From assembly GCA_964456445.1 (NCBI GenBank), contig CAYWBI010000006.1, positions 1 to 60,200 on the forward strand: a DNA stretch of 60,200 nucleotides, given 5' to 3'. This stretch comes from an uncultured Calditrichaceae bacterium (lineage in GTDB: Bacteria > Calditrichota > Calditrichia > Calditrichales > J004). The notes under the pieces were generated by a model, which made no database searches, was not told the DNA's origin, and was given only the letters and a program-made list of their open reading frames with translations. Positions 48,225 through 57,935 of this stretch are shown here, in pieces. Position numbers and translations under genes: made by a program. Position 1 is the first letter of the stretch. Each line of letters opens with the position of its first letter.

Positions 48225-48903
48225 GCATTTGTTTTGATGCCTTATCTATTCGCTCTACTCCTTTTAACGCTTCAGCCATTAAACACCGATATCCGATTTG
48301 AGAACGGCGCAATCAGGACAGATCGGAAATCTTCAATCGTTGATCGGTGTTCGGTGTTGGTTTTGTGTTGCGCTCTATTGCCCCTGCCCTTGATATACGA
48401 ACAAGGAACACCGATTTTTGATTTTAGAAGAACGCATCGTCGAACAGTTCAAAAATCTTCAATCTTCAATCGTTGATCGATGTTCGATATTGGATTTGTG
48501 TTGTGCTCAATTGCCCCTGCCTTTAGGTAGGGGAGACAAAACGCTACAACAAAACCATGGGCTTTAGCCCAAAACAAATCCAGGGCGGAACAATTTATAA
48601 ACCCTTTCAGGGTTTTTTATTATGGATATCCTTTTACCAGGGCGCTGCCCTTTGCTTGGATATTCTTCCCCGTTGGGGAAGAAGGCAGACCGCTATGTTA
48701 AGTTTTGGTTTGTTTTCCTGAATTCTTCTTTTGATTTACAAACAAGGAACACCGGTTTTTGATTTTTGAACGGCACATTGCAGGCAGATCAGAAATCTTC
48801 AATCGTTGATCGATGTTCGGTGTTGGGTTTGTGTTGTGCTTAAGTGCCCCTACTTTTGATTTACGAACAAGGAACACCGATATCCGATTTGAGAACGGCG
48901 CAA
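48225..48903. repeat. tandem array of ~125-bp hairpin-forming intergenic repeats (about 3 full units plus degenerate ends), unit 2 interrupted by a ~200-bp insert
   Basis: Units by eye: 48282-48406, 48407-48526 resuming at 48729-48746, 48747-48872, and partial 48873-48903. 48225-48281 is a degenerate flank. Shared core: GAAATCTTCAATCGTTGATCGRTGTTCGGTGTTGG...TGCCCCT...TTGATWTACGAACAAGGAACACCGAT. Confidence 0.8.
48599..48620 (+). terminator. terminator-like hairpin inside the repeat-array insert
   Basis: AAACCCT-ttc-AGGGTTT followed by TTTAT: a 7-bp stem plus T-run on the plus strand. Confidence 0.35.
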
Positions 48904-49204
48904 CCATGGCAGAGTATCAAGGCGCGTCTGATCAAAATGCATGTAGGCAAAATGCTTACATAAAAATCGGTTCTGTTCCTATTGGTTTATAACCCTGCTC
49001 CTCTATCTTTTGCCATAGTTTTTATGTTTGTCCGGATTCTATCAACCCTGTCCTTTTTTTCCTTCACGTCTCTGCATATAAATAAGTATTGTAATTATTG
49101 GGTGGATAAAATTGTTTTAAAATATGTAAATATTTTTTAATGTCGGGCAAAGTATTGATATCATAGCTAAAAGTTCTCACATAAAATTTTTCCGGGAGGG
49201 GAGA

Positions 49205-51592
49205 ATGTACAAATTATTTATAATAGTTTTGTTTTTTTCAGGGGCCTTGTTGTATGGGCAACAAAATGAAGTAACCATCAGTGGAACAATTATTGACAAG
49301 AATTCGGGTGATGGTCTGGCCGGTGCCAATATTGTTGTTTATAATGAACAAGGTACCACTATAGGTGGTACTTCTGCGGATAAGGATGCACATTACACTC
49401 TTTCCAATTTAGAGCCTGGAAATTATTTAGTGGAGGCATCCTATGTCGGTTACGCCGCTCAATCAAAAAAAATCTGGGCATCAGCCGGTGCCCGGCTCCA
49501 GTTGGATTTTGCCCTCAGGGAAAGTTATTCCACGGCAGACGCCATTGTTATAACCGCAGGCAGACGTTCCGAGCGGGCGTCGGAATCTTCATCCAATATA
49601 CAAATCGTGGATGCTAAAATGCTGGTTGTAAAGGAAGAACCCACGGTGAGTGGTCTGTTAAAAGGGGTAAATGGAATTGATTATTTTGAAACCGGTATGG
49701 GTCAGCAACAGGTTAACGCCCGTGGGTTTTACAGCCCATTTACCGGAAACATGTTGATGCTTATTGACTACCGTTCACCACAGCTTCCCGGAATAGGCGG
49801 TGTTTTTCCTCCGGCACTCGGTATCCCAAAGGAAGATATACGTCAGATCGAGGTGATCGTTGGGCCTAATTCAGCGCTTTATGGCGCCAATGCATCTTCG
49901 GGTGTTATCAACATCATCACAAAGGGACCAAAAGAAGAATCGGGCACATCGATAAACATTTCGGGTGGAAACCAAAGTATGCTACGTGCAGGTTTGCGCA
50001 CCAGTGGCCTATTGGGAAATATGTTCGGGTATAAAGTGTCGGCCAATTATTTTAAGGCAATGGACTTTTCCAATTATGTCAATGCCTCGAGCCAGTTGGT
50101 AACCACAAAAGATGATCCATTGCGCGACGATCCTGATTTTGAGGTTAAAAACACAACGGTCAATGGCTCCTTATACTTTTACCCAAATGATAATATTTCA
50201 ATGAGTTATACTGGTGGTCTGGCCAGGGCCAACTATATAAACCAATCAAATATTGGCCGCTTACAAGTGAAAAACTTTGATTTTTGGTTTCATCAAATGC
50301 GGGCCAACATCGATCATCTTTTTGGAAATATGGGCTCGCTATTCCTACAGGCCTATGTTACCCAGGATGATGCAGGGGACACCTATAACCTGATAAAAGC
50401 TAAACAGGTAGAGCTACTCGGTTTGGGTAAGGCAGACGCCATCGCCAAAACGACCTTTGTTGATAAACCGATCCAGTATGTTGTTGAACTTCAACACAAC
50501 ATTTCTATTGGGGATGATCAGTTTGTCACCTGGGGCGCCCAATGGCAACAAAACGAGCCTAACAGTGAGGGTACTTTTTTAAGCGATGGTCCTAATGGTG
50601 AGAAAATTTCCATTACTCAAACCGGAGTTTATGCGCAATATGAAAATGCAATGCTGCAAAGTTTAAAGTTTACCCTCTCCGGACGATATGATAATAACTC
50701 CGACTTTGGCGGTCAATTCAGCCCCAAGGCCGCCCTTTCGTATCATAGCGGAAACCACAATGTTACACTTTCTTATGTTACCGGTTTCGCAAGCCCGGCC
50801 ATCCAACCGGCGTATGCCCTTTCGCCACTTGGTGACATAACGGGCACAGGCCTGCCCTTTACACTGCGTGGCGCCCATGCAGGCTTTACCTTACTGAATA
50901 CAGTCACAGGGGCGAAAACTGCCATTGATGCTTTAAAGCCTACCGTAACAAGTGGCTTTGAAATAAATTACAAGGCCACCCCCATCGAAGGCGTCTATAC
51001 CAATCTGTCGGTTTATAAAACACAATATGATAATTTCCTGAGCCCACCGACCTTGGTCAACGATCCGGTGCATGGCGTTTTTGTTGTCGATAAAAACGGG
51101 GCCCCGGTCATCGAGGGCACCCTATCCTATATTAACTTTGGAAAAGTGGACATCCAGGGCGTGGAGGTGAGTGGCGAGCTGGAGCTGACAAGTGGATTAA
51201 GCACTACTCTGGGCTTTAACTATCAGGAAATGGGCTCCTTTAAAGATGTACCTGCAAATATCAGCAGCACACCCACCTTTAACGCCCCTAACCGTACGTG
51301 GAAGGGTGGCATGCGCTGGGTAAACTGGTGGAAGCGTGGTACTTTTGCAAATGCAACATTCCGTTATGTGACCAATTATTTTTTCACCGGGGCCACACCC
51401 ACAAACACGGGCAATGTACCAACCTACGGAGTAATTGACTTAAATATAGATGTTCCTTTGGAGCTTAGCGCCGGCCTGACCACCCATGTGGGCATGTCCG
51501 TTAACAACTTATTAAATAATAAGCATATTGAACTACCCGGATCACCACAACTGGGCCTTCTGCTAAGTGGCCACATACGCGTGGGTTTTTAA
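49205..51592 (+). CDS. TonB-dependent outer-membrane receptor with a CarboxypepD_reg N-terminal domain
   Basis: Signal peptide, ISGTIIDKNSGDGLAGANIVV (CarboxypepD_reg), plug region (IEVIVGPNSALYGANASSGVINIITK) and a C-terminal barrel ending in ...HIRVGF. Confidence 0.88.
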   Translation: MYKLFIIVLFFSGALLYGQQNEVTISGTIIDKNSGDGLAGANIVVYNEQGTTIGGTSADKDAHYTLSNLEPGNYLVEASYVGYAAQSKKIWASAGARLQLDFALRESYSTADAIVITAGRRSERASESSSNIQIVDAKMLVVKEEPTVSGLLKGVNGIDYFETGMGQQQVNARGFYSPFTGNMLMLIDYRSPQLPGIGGVFPPALGIPKEDIRQIEVIVGPNSALYGANASSGVINIITKGPKEESGTSINISGGNQSMLRAGLRTSGLLGNMFGYKVSANYFKAMDFSNYVNASSQLVTTKDDPLRDDPDFEVKNTTVNGSLYFYPNDNISMSYTGGLARANYINQSNIGRLQVKNFDFWFHQMRANIDHLFGNMGSLFLQAYVTQDDAGDTYNLIKAKQVELLGLGKADAIAKTTFVDKPIQYVVELQHNISIGDDQFVTWGAQWQQNEPNSEGTFLSDGPNGEKISITQTGVYAQYENAMLQSLKFTLSGRYDNNSDFGGQFSPKAALSYHSGNHNVTLSYVTGFASPAIQPAYALSPLGDITGTGLPFTLRGAHAGFTLLNTVTGAKTAIDALKPTVTSGFEINYKATPIEGVYTNLSVYKTQYDNFLSPPTLVNDPVHGVFVVDKNGAPVIEGTLSYINFGKVDIQGVEVSGELELTSGLSTTLGFNYQEMGSFKDVPANISSTPTFNAPNRTWKGGMRWVNWWKRGTFANATFRYVTNYFFTGATPTNTGNVPTYGVIDLNIDVPLELSAGLTTHVGMSVNNLLNNKHIELPGSPQLGLLLSGHIRVGF

Positions 51593-51641
51593 TACCCGGA
51601 CATATTGCGTGTTGTAGCTGATTCAGATTTAATGGTGTGTT

Positions 51642-51675
51642 AAAAGGCAGGGTTTTTCCTGCCTTTTATATTTTT
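51642..51675 (+). terminator. Rho-independent terminator after the TonB receptor gene
   Basis: AAGGCAGG-gttttt-CCTGCCTT followed by TTATATTTTTAT. Confidence 0.65.
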
Positions 51676-51864
51676 ATCTCTACCAAACGGGAAGAGCATA
51701 TTTTTCTCTTTTAAGCAACGTAGCGGAATTGATAAATGGATGAAATTGAAGGGTAATTGTTTAAATAATGGCAAAAAATAAAAAATACTGCTAATTTGAT
51801 AGTCTTCCGGGGGGGAAGTTGTGCCGAACAAATGCTTCGGTTAACTATGTGAGGGGAATACATC

Positions 51865-54291
51865 ATGAGAAAGAAACGGATACTTCAATTTATCCCGATT
51901 ATATTAATTATCATTTTTGCCATTATTGGAATTGGACACTATTTCGTTTTTGTCCGTCCATTACCAACCATCGATGGACGTCTGGTCAAGAAATCCGTGC
52001 AACAACCGGTGACAATCGAGCGTGACGCCTGGGGCATACCGCTTATAAAAGCACAGTCGAATCATGATCTGTTTTGGGCCATCGGTTATACCATGGCCCA
52101 GGACCGTCTGTTCCAGATGGAGCTTTCCAGCAGAGCAGGTCTTGGGCAACTGGCCGAGCTCTTTGGGCAAAAGGCCTTTAAGTCCGATCGATTTATACAT
52201 ACCATCGATTTGTCCGGGCAGGCACAGGCCATGTATGCCAAGGCAGATGAACAGATGCGCGGTTTTTTAAATGATTTTTCCGCCGGGGTAAACAGCTATC
52301 GTGATGAAATAATTGAAAATGGTAAACTACCATTTGAATATCGTCTGCTTGGCATAAAGCCCCGTCCCTGGAAACCGGAATACAGTATGGCCGTTGGTGC
52401 ATATCTTACCTGGAGCCTGGCATATAATTATAAATCCGAAATATTGTATATGCAGCTTGCGGGAAAGCTCGGCGGTAAAAAGGCCCGTGAACTGTTGCCG
52501 TTTTATCCAGCGGACATGCCCGTTTTGATACCGCCGCAGGACGAGACCAGCCTACTGAAAAAAAATGGCCTTTGGAAAATCGGGGAAGAATTTGAACCGT
52601 ACTTTGCCTTTAAAGGCGGTTCAAATTGCTGGGTGGTAGGCCCACAACGCAGCGCGTCTGGCGGTGCAATGTTGGCGAATGATACACACATGAGCGGAGG
52701 AATCGTACCCGGGACATTTTATACGGCCCATTTGATGATGGATTCTCTTAATGTATATGGCGCCATGCTGCCGGGTCTGCCTTTTGTTTTGATTGGCAGA
52801 AACAGCCATATCGCCTGGGGGCTGACCAATAATGGCGCCGATGTTCAGGATCTTTTTCTGCTTCACGTATCTCAAAAGGACAGCAATACGTATCACTATG
52901 GCCCAATCGATAAAGTATTTAAAATAAAGAAGGTGGCAATAAACATTAAAGATGATGATGCGCCAACTGGCGTGCGGCAAGATACATTACAAATTAAACT
53001 GGCCGAACAAGGGCCAATAATCAGCAGAACGGCCAAATCGTATCTGGCCCTGAAATGGATTGGACATGAAACGGCCTTTAATTTTGAAGCGTTTTGGGGC
53101 ATGGCCAATGCCAACCGCATCGGGGATTTTATACAGGCCGCCAACGGCTATAACGGCACGCCTCAAAACCTGCTTTATGCCGATGATAAAGGAAATATCG
53201 GCATGCAGGTGATCGGCTCCATTCCACAACGGAACCCTGCCGCCCATTGGAACAGTTTTTTCCCCGCCGATGGTGGAAACCACTTACAAAAATGGCTCGG
53301 CCTGCGAACGGGAGCGGACTTGCCCCATATATTTAACCCGCCGGAAGGCTATATCGCATCCGCCAATAACCCGACTTTTGCCCCGGATGATATCCGTGCT
53401 TTCCCTCAAAAATATGCCCCCGGTTACCGGGTCGCCAGGGTCAGGGAATTGATCATTACCCACCCGGATCACACGCTTGAATCTTTTCAAAAAATCCAGA
53501 ATGATCATGAATCATTGCTGGCCGATGAATTGGTGCCGCTATGGGCAAAGCAGTTGGCGGCTATAAAATCATTGCCTTATGCAAAGTACCTGCAATTTTT
53601 AGAAAAAGCAGATAAGGACAATTCGGCCAATTCTCAGGGTTTTTCTTTATATGAAGTTTTCCGCAGACGTTATGCCTTTAATACTTTCCGGGATGAATTG
53701 GGCGATTCGCTTGCAGAAGCCTATTTAGACAACTGGTATGTTTCGCAGGACCGCTGGAAATTGATTTCTGCGGATTCAACTTCACATTGGTTGGACAATG
53801 TGGCAACTAAAACGATTGAGACCCGGGCGGATATCATGCGCCGTAGTTGGAAAGAAGCCGTGGAAAGTTTGGGTAGCAGTATGGAGAAAAACACACAAAC
53901 CTGGCGATGGGGAAATTTTCATAAAATCAGTTTTAAACATCCTTTTTCTAATGTATTGCCCTGGTTGGAATTTGTTCTTGATGGCGGCTCCTATGAGATG
54001 GCCGGTGATGGGGAATCTTTAAACAGGGCGGCGTTTCATTTTAAAGCAGCTACATCGGCCCCGTTCGAGGTGAAGTATATTGCCACCTACCGGCAAATTG
54101 TAGATATGGATGATGTGGAACATGCGCTTGGGGTTTTGGATGTTGGTCAATCCGGACATCCCGGCAGCAGCCACTATACCGACCAAATTAAGTTATGGTA
54201 TAAAGGTGAATATTTAAACTGGGACCTGTTCCCCTCGGGCAAAATGGATGTGCTAAAGATAAACCCGAAACCACATCGGGCGAAGCGATAA
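51865..54291 (+). CDS. penicillin acylase family Ntn-hydrolase (AHL-acylase / PvdQ-like), N-terminally membrane-anchored
   Basis: N-terminal TM helix. RLFQMEL and the autoprocessing site GGSNCWVV...ANDTH (Ser nucleophile following Gly) are typical of the family. 808 aa. Confidence 0.88.
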   Translation: MRKKRILQFIPIILIIIFAIIGIGHYFVFVRPLPTIDGRLVKKSVQQPVTIERDAWGIPLIKAQSNHDLFWAIGYTMAQDRLFQMELSSRAGLGQLAELFGQKAFKSDRFIHTIDLSGQAQAMYAKADEQMRGFLNDFSAGVNSYRDEIIENGKLPFEYRLLGIKPRPWKPEYSMAVGAYLTWSLAYNYKSEILYMQLAGKLGGKKARELLPFYPADMPVLIPPQDETSLLKKNGLWKIGEEFEPYFAFKGGSNCWVVGPQRSASGGAMLANDTHMSGGIVPGTFYTAHLMMDSLNVYGAMLPGLPFVLIGRNSHIAWGLTNNGADVQDLFLLHVSQKDSNTYHYGPIDKVFKIKKVAINIKDDDAPTGVRQDTLQIKLAEQGPIISRTAKSYLALKWIGHETAFNFEAFWGMANANRIGDFIQAANGYNGTPQNLLYADDKGNIGMQVIGSIPQRNPAAHWNSFFPADGGNHLQKWLGLRTGADLPHIFNPPEGYIASANNPTFAPDDIRAFPQKYAPGYRVARVRELIITHPDHTLESFQKIQNDHESLLADELVPLWAKQLAAIKSLPYAKYLQFLEKADKDNSANSQGFSLYEVFRRRYAFNTFRDELGDSLAEAYLDNWYVSQDRWKLISADSTSHWLDNVATKTIETRADIMRRSWKEAVESLGSSMEKNTQTWRWGNFHKISFKHPFSNVLPWLEFVLDGGSYEMAGDGESLNRAAFHFKAATSAPFEVKYIATYRQIVDMDDVEHALGVLDVGQSGHPGSSHYTDQIKLWYKGEYLNWDLFPSGKMDVLKINPKPHRAKR

Positions 54292-54307
54292 AAAGGATAT
54301 TTGACAC

Positions 54308-55744
54308 ATGGTTCCAAACAGCCCCGGGGTTTCGCCTTTTGTGAAAACCGCTTATGGAATAGGTAATATCAGTTATTCCCTGCCATACCAGATTATGGCT
54401 TCTTTTTTTATTTTTTATGCCACGGCAATTTTAAAGTTGCCTGCTTCCTGGGCCGCGACCGCTATGGCTGTTTCTGCCGTATGGGATGCTGTCACCGATC
54501 CATTGATGGGTTTTATTTCCGATAATTCCTACACAAAAAACTGGGGCCGGCGTCATCCCTTTTTGCTTTTTGGCGCACTGGTCATAGCCTTTGCCACCTA
54601 TTTTTTATGGAGCATCGATCCGGCCGCAGGCGAGATCAGCAAGTTTGTGCAGGTTGTGTTATGGCTTTTGGTTTTGCGCACGGCTCTGACTGTTTTCGTA
54701 GCGCCTTATAATGCGCTTGGCGCCGAGCTATCCAATGATTATGATGAACGCTCATCGGTGCAGGGGTACCGTGCAACTTTTTATATTATCGGTATGATCA
54801 TTGCCCTGGTGGGTACGATGGTTGTATTTTTTCATGCAACGCCCCAGTATGACCGTGGCCAGCTTAATCCCGCCGCATATCCTAAAATGGCCTGGGTTTA
54901 CAGCATATTTGTCTTGTTGACCATGATTGCCGCCTTTTGGGGAACGCGGAAATTTATCCCTGGCCTGCCCCAAAGAAGTGCGGTAATGGAAAGTGAAAAA
55001 ATATCCGTACGGCGTATTTACACAGACTTTTTAAATGCCCTGAAAAACCATGATTTTTTAATGGTCGCCTTGCTCATCTTTATTATTGAGGTCGGCTTTC
55101 AACTTGGTATTGCCATAGGCGTTCATGTAAATACCTATGCCTATCACCTCAGCGGACCACAAATGGGTATTCTGGGTTTGGTTATTTTGGGTTTTTCCAT
55201 TTTGTCCCAACCTTTTTGGATTTGGTTCACAAAGAAATATGACAAGAAATGGGCCGTTATCGTCGGCATGGTAATCGGCCTGACAGGATTTGTGGGTGCG
55301 CCATGGACACACATCTGGTGGCCGCTGTTCCCTTTAAACACGGATACAATCATCCTATCGCTTGGCGCCTTTAATGTACTTGCCGGCATCGGGAACGGCG
55401 CCTTTATGTCCATCCCATACTCCATGGTGGCCGATACCGTGGATGCGGAAGAAGTTTATAGCGGTAAACGGGACGAAGGTTTGTATTTTGGGATATATAC
55501 CTTTGCCTACAAGTTGGGGACAAGCATCAGTGTGTTGTTAAGTGGGTTTGTCTTGACCTGGTCCGGATTTAACCCCCAGCTGAGTGAGCAAATCCCTTCT
55601 ACGGTATTTTACATGGCCCTTATTCCCACCTGGTTTTTAGTGGCCCTGGCCCCATTTGCCTTGTGGACCGTCCTGCGCTATCGTTTAAGCCGCGGGCGAT
55701 ATCAGGAAATACAGGTTCAATTGGTAGATAAAAATCGGGGGTAA
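54308..55744 (+). CDS. MFS transporter of the glycoside-pentoside-hexuronide (GPH):cation symporter family
   Basis: About 12 TM segments. WDAVTDPLMGFISDN is the GPH family signature (DxxxDPxxGxxxD). Starts 16 nt after the acylase stop. Confidence 0.85.
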   Translation: MVPNSPGVSPFVKTAYGIGNISYSLPYQIMASFFIFYATAILKLPASWAATAMAVSAVWDAVTDPLMGFISDNSYTKNWGRRHPFLLFGALVIAFATYFLWSIDPAAGEISKFVQVVLWLLVLRTALTVFVAPYNALGAELSNDYDERSSVQGYRATFYIIGMIIALVGTMVVFFHATPQYDRGQLNPAAYPKMAWVYSIFVLLTMIAAFWGTRKFIPGLPQRSAVMESEKISVRRIYTDFLNALKNHDFLMVALLIFIIEVGFQLGIAIGVHVNTYAYHLSGPQMGILGLVILGFSILSQPFWIWFTKKYDKKWAVIVGMVIGLTGFVGAPWTHIWWPLFPLNTDTIILSLGAFNVLAGIGNGAFMSIPYSMVADTVDAEEVYSGKRDEGLYFGIYTFAYKLGTSISVLLSGFVLTWSGFNPQLSEQIPSTVFYMALIPTWFLVALAPFALWTVLRYRLSRGRYQEIQVQLVDKNRG

Positions 55745-56117
55745 TGTTTATGTTCCGCGGGCCATGTTCTGATGTTCCTGTTTTGGGATGTGTTCTATCC
55801 TGACCCTGGATGAAGAGTAGACTTAACGGATTGGACCGGTATTTTACTGTTATTAAAAAGCGCTGTTTTTCATTGCTAATTCAGTAAAACCAGAAGTTGG
55901 TTACCCAATATTCAACGCCCGCTTTCCCACAGTTTTATAAAAAAAAATTCTTTGTAGCCCTTATGGTAAAAGGCTTTTCAAGGTTTTTCCAAAAAAGCTT
56001 CTAACAATTTTCAAGAATTTCACCTATTCGGAATCAAAGCTTTAAGTTGACCGGGCTGGCGCAAGGACGCTCATTTTCTATCTTTTACCTTTTACCTTTT
56101 CTTGCCCGGTCCCGTTA

Positions 56118-57014
56118 TCAATTTCTTTTTACAAGATAGACCCCGCCAAGGATCAGTAACAACCCAAGCAGGTGAAATGGATACACCGCTTCTCCGTCTA
56201 AAAAACCAAATAACAAGGCAAAGACCGGAATAATATATGTGACCGAACTGGCAGTGACGGCGTCTGTTAACCTTAAAAATTTAAAAAATAAAATGAGTGT
56301 AATGGCCGTGTTCACAATACCCAAAATAGCGATATAGCCCAGGGCCTTCCAGGAACCCGTTGTATGGCTCAGCCGAACTATAAAATCAGTGCCAAATAAA
56401 AAGATAAGGGCAATGGGCCCCACAAAAAAAAGCGCCATGGCAGCCAATTGGAGCGGCGGTACATCGCTCAGTTTTTGCTTTAACCAATTAACATTAAAAC
56501 CATAGAGCAGGGTTGCCAGAAAAACAAAGAGCACATAATAATTAAATACCCCAAAACTGCCGGTTGCCGCTGTAAGGCTGAGGATTATCGAACCGGTCAA
56601 TCCCAGGCCAATCCCGGAAAGTTGACGCAGATGCATCCGAAGTTTAAAGATTACTACGCCGATCAACAAAGTGAACAATGGCGTTAACGCATTTAGTACC
56701 CCGGTCATACTGCTGCTGAGGCCGGTTTCCGCCAGGGCGAAAAAGATGGCAGGCAGAAGGTTTCCGCAAAGCCCGGCAATTAAAAAGAAAAAGGCTTGCT
56801 TTTTGCCGATGGTGGAAATTGAGCGCAGGGCAACGGGTAAAAGAACGATGTAGGCAAAGCCGATGCGGATTAAACCAACTTGCGGAGCGGAGAATACGAC
56901 AAGTCCCCTTTTCATCAATAAAAAGGAACTGCCCCATATCATCGATGTAACCAGGAGTAGAATAAGAGGCAAAAACCGGTGATGTTTTGTTGTAGGCATA
57001 AACAAGATTAACAC
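56118..57014 (-). CDS. DMT superfamily (EamA-like) transporter
   Basis: Ten TM segments in two EamA-like halves. The ORF begins at GTG 57014, with an alternative ATG at 56999. Confidence 0.85.
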   Translation of the reverse strand: MLILFMPTTKHHRFLPLILLLVTSMIWGSSFLLMKRGLVVFSAPQVGLIRIGFAYIVLLPVALRSISTIGKKQAFFFLIAGLCGNLLPAIFFALAETGLSSSMTGVLNALTPLFTLLIGVVIFKLRMHLRQLSGIGLGLTGSIILSLTAATGSFGVFNYYVLFVFLATLLYGFNVNWLKQKLSDVPPLQLAAMALFFVGPIALIFLFGTDFIVRLSHTTGSWKALGYIAILGIVNTAITLILFFKFLRLTDAVTASSVTYIIPVFALLFGFLDGEAVYPFHLLGLLLILGGVYLVKRN

Positions 57015-57086
57015 TTAAAGAACGGAAGGTCGCCAGATATTTCCAATGGAACAATATATCTAAAGACCATGGACTATTTTATGGGT

Positions 57087-57935
57087 TTAATAGGCGCTTT
57101 TTTGTGGTTTTGCGTTTCCGATAATGGCCACGCTGGCGCTCGCGCCGATACGGGTGGCCCCGGCCTCGACCATCTGGCAGGCCTCTTCGTAACTGTGCAC
57201 CCCGCCGCTGGCCTTAACCCCCATCTTTGGGCCAACGATCTTGCGCATCAAAGCGACATCGGCCACGGTAGCCCCACCCTTGCTAAATCCGGTGGATGTT
57301 TTTACAAAATCGGCACCTGCACGTTGGGCAATAACACATGCGCTTATCTTTTCTTCATCGCTCAGTAAACAGGTTTCGAGGATAACTTTTACCGTTTTAC
57401 GTCCCGCCGCCCGGACGACCGAGCGAATATCGTGTTCAACCAATTGAAGATCGGCGGATTTCAATGCACCGATATTGATAACCATATCTACTTCCTGCGC
57501 ACCCTGATCGATGGCGAGACGGGCTTCGGCAGCTTTGATTTCCGGGAACGTAGCGCCAAGTGGAAATCCGATGACCGTACACACCTTGACATCGCTTCCC
57601 CGGAGCTGGCGATAGGTTTCCGGTACCCAGGTGGGATTTATGCATACCGATGCAAAGTGGTTTTCCAGAGCTTCACGGCAAACGGTTTGGATCTGTTCGC
57701 GTGTTGCATCCGGTTTTAGAATGGTGTGATCGATCCAGCGGGCCATTTCATACTTCGGCGGGCAGGATGGCGCCACGGCCCCTACGCGGCTGGCCCCAAA
57801 AGAAACAAGATCGGTTGCAGCGTCGTAGCTGAAAGGCCGGTGATTGCCCCCACATTCGGAACAGGTATCCAGGTTGGATTCATTTATCACGTCCCGGATG
57901 ATTTGATCGATTATTTCCGCTGAAATTTTGGACAT
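57087..57935 (-). CDS. deoC: deoxyribose-phosphate aldolase with a ~65-aa N-terminal extension
   Basis: [30 protein letters not shown] and the Schiff-base lysine region DFVKTSTGF are DERA signatures. The extra N-terminus is [20 protein letters not shown]... Confidence 0.88.
   Translation of the reverse strand: MSKISAEIIDQIIRDVINESNLDTCSECGGNHRPFSYDAATDLVSFGASRVGAVAPSCPPKYEMARWIDHTILKPDATREQIQTVCREALENHFASVCINPTWVPETYRQLRGSDVKVCTVIGFPLGATFPEIKAAEARLAIDQGAQEVDMVINIGALKSADLQLVEHDIRSVVRAAGRKTVKVILETCLLSDEEKISACVIAQRAGADFVKTSTGFSKGGATVADVALMRKIVGPKMGVKASGGVHSYEEACQMVEAGATRIGASASVAIIGNAKPQKSAY

Noticed and set aside
48207-48907. Possible CRISPR array, or coding genes (ORFs 48207..48476 and 48698..48907), in the repeat region
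   Set aside because: The repeat units are ~125 bp and abut each other without unique spacers. No cas genes are present. The ORFs translate only the repeat consensus, one on each strand, and have no RBS. I treated the region as a non-coding tandem repeat.
48903-49204. Riboswitch (cobalamin) or Fur box upstream of the second TonB receptor
   Set aside because: I recognised no B12-box or other conserved aptamer core. The AT-rich stretch AATAAGTATTGTAATTATT has only loose resemblance to a Fur box, which is not enough to call.
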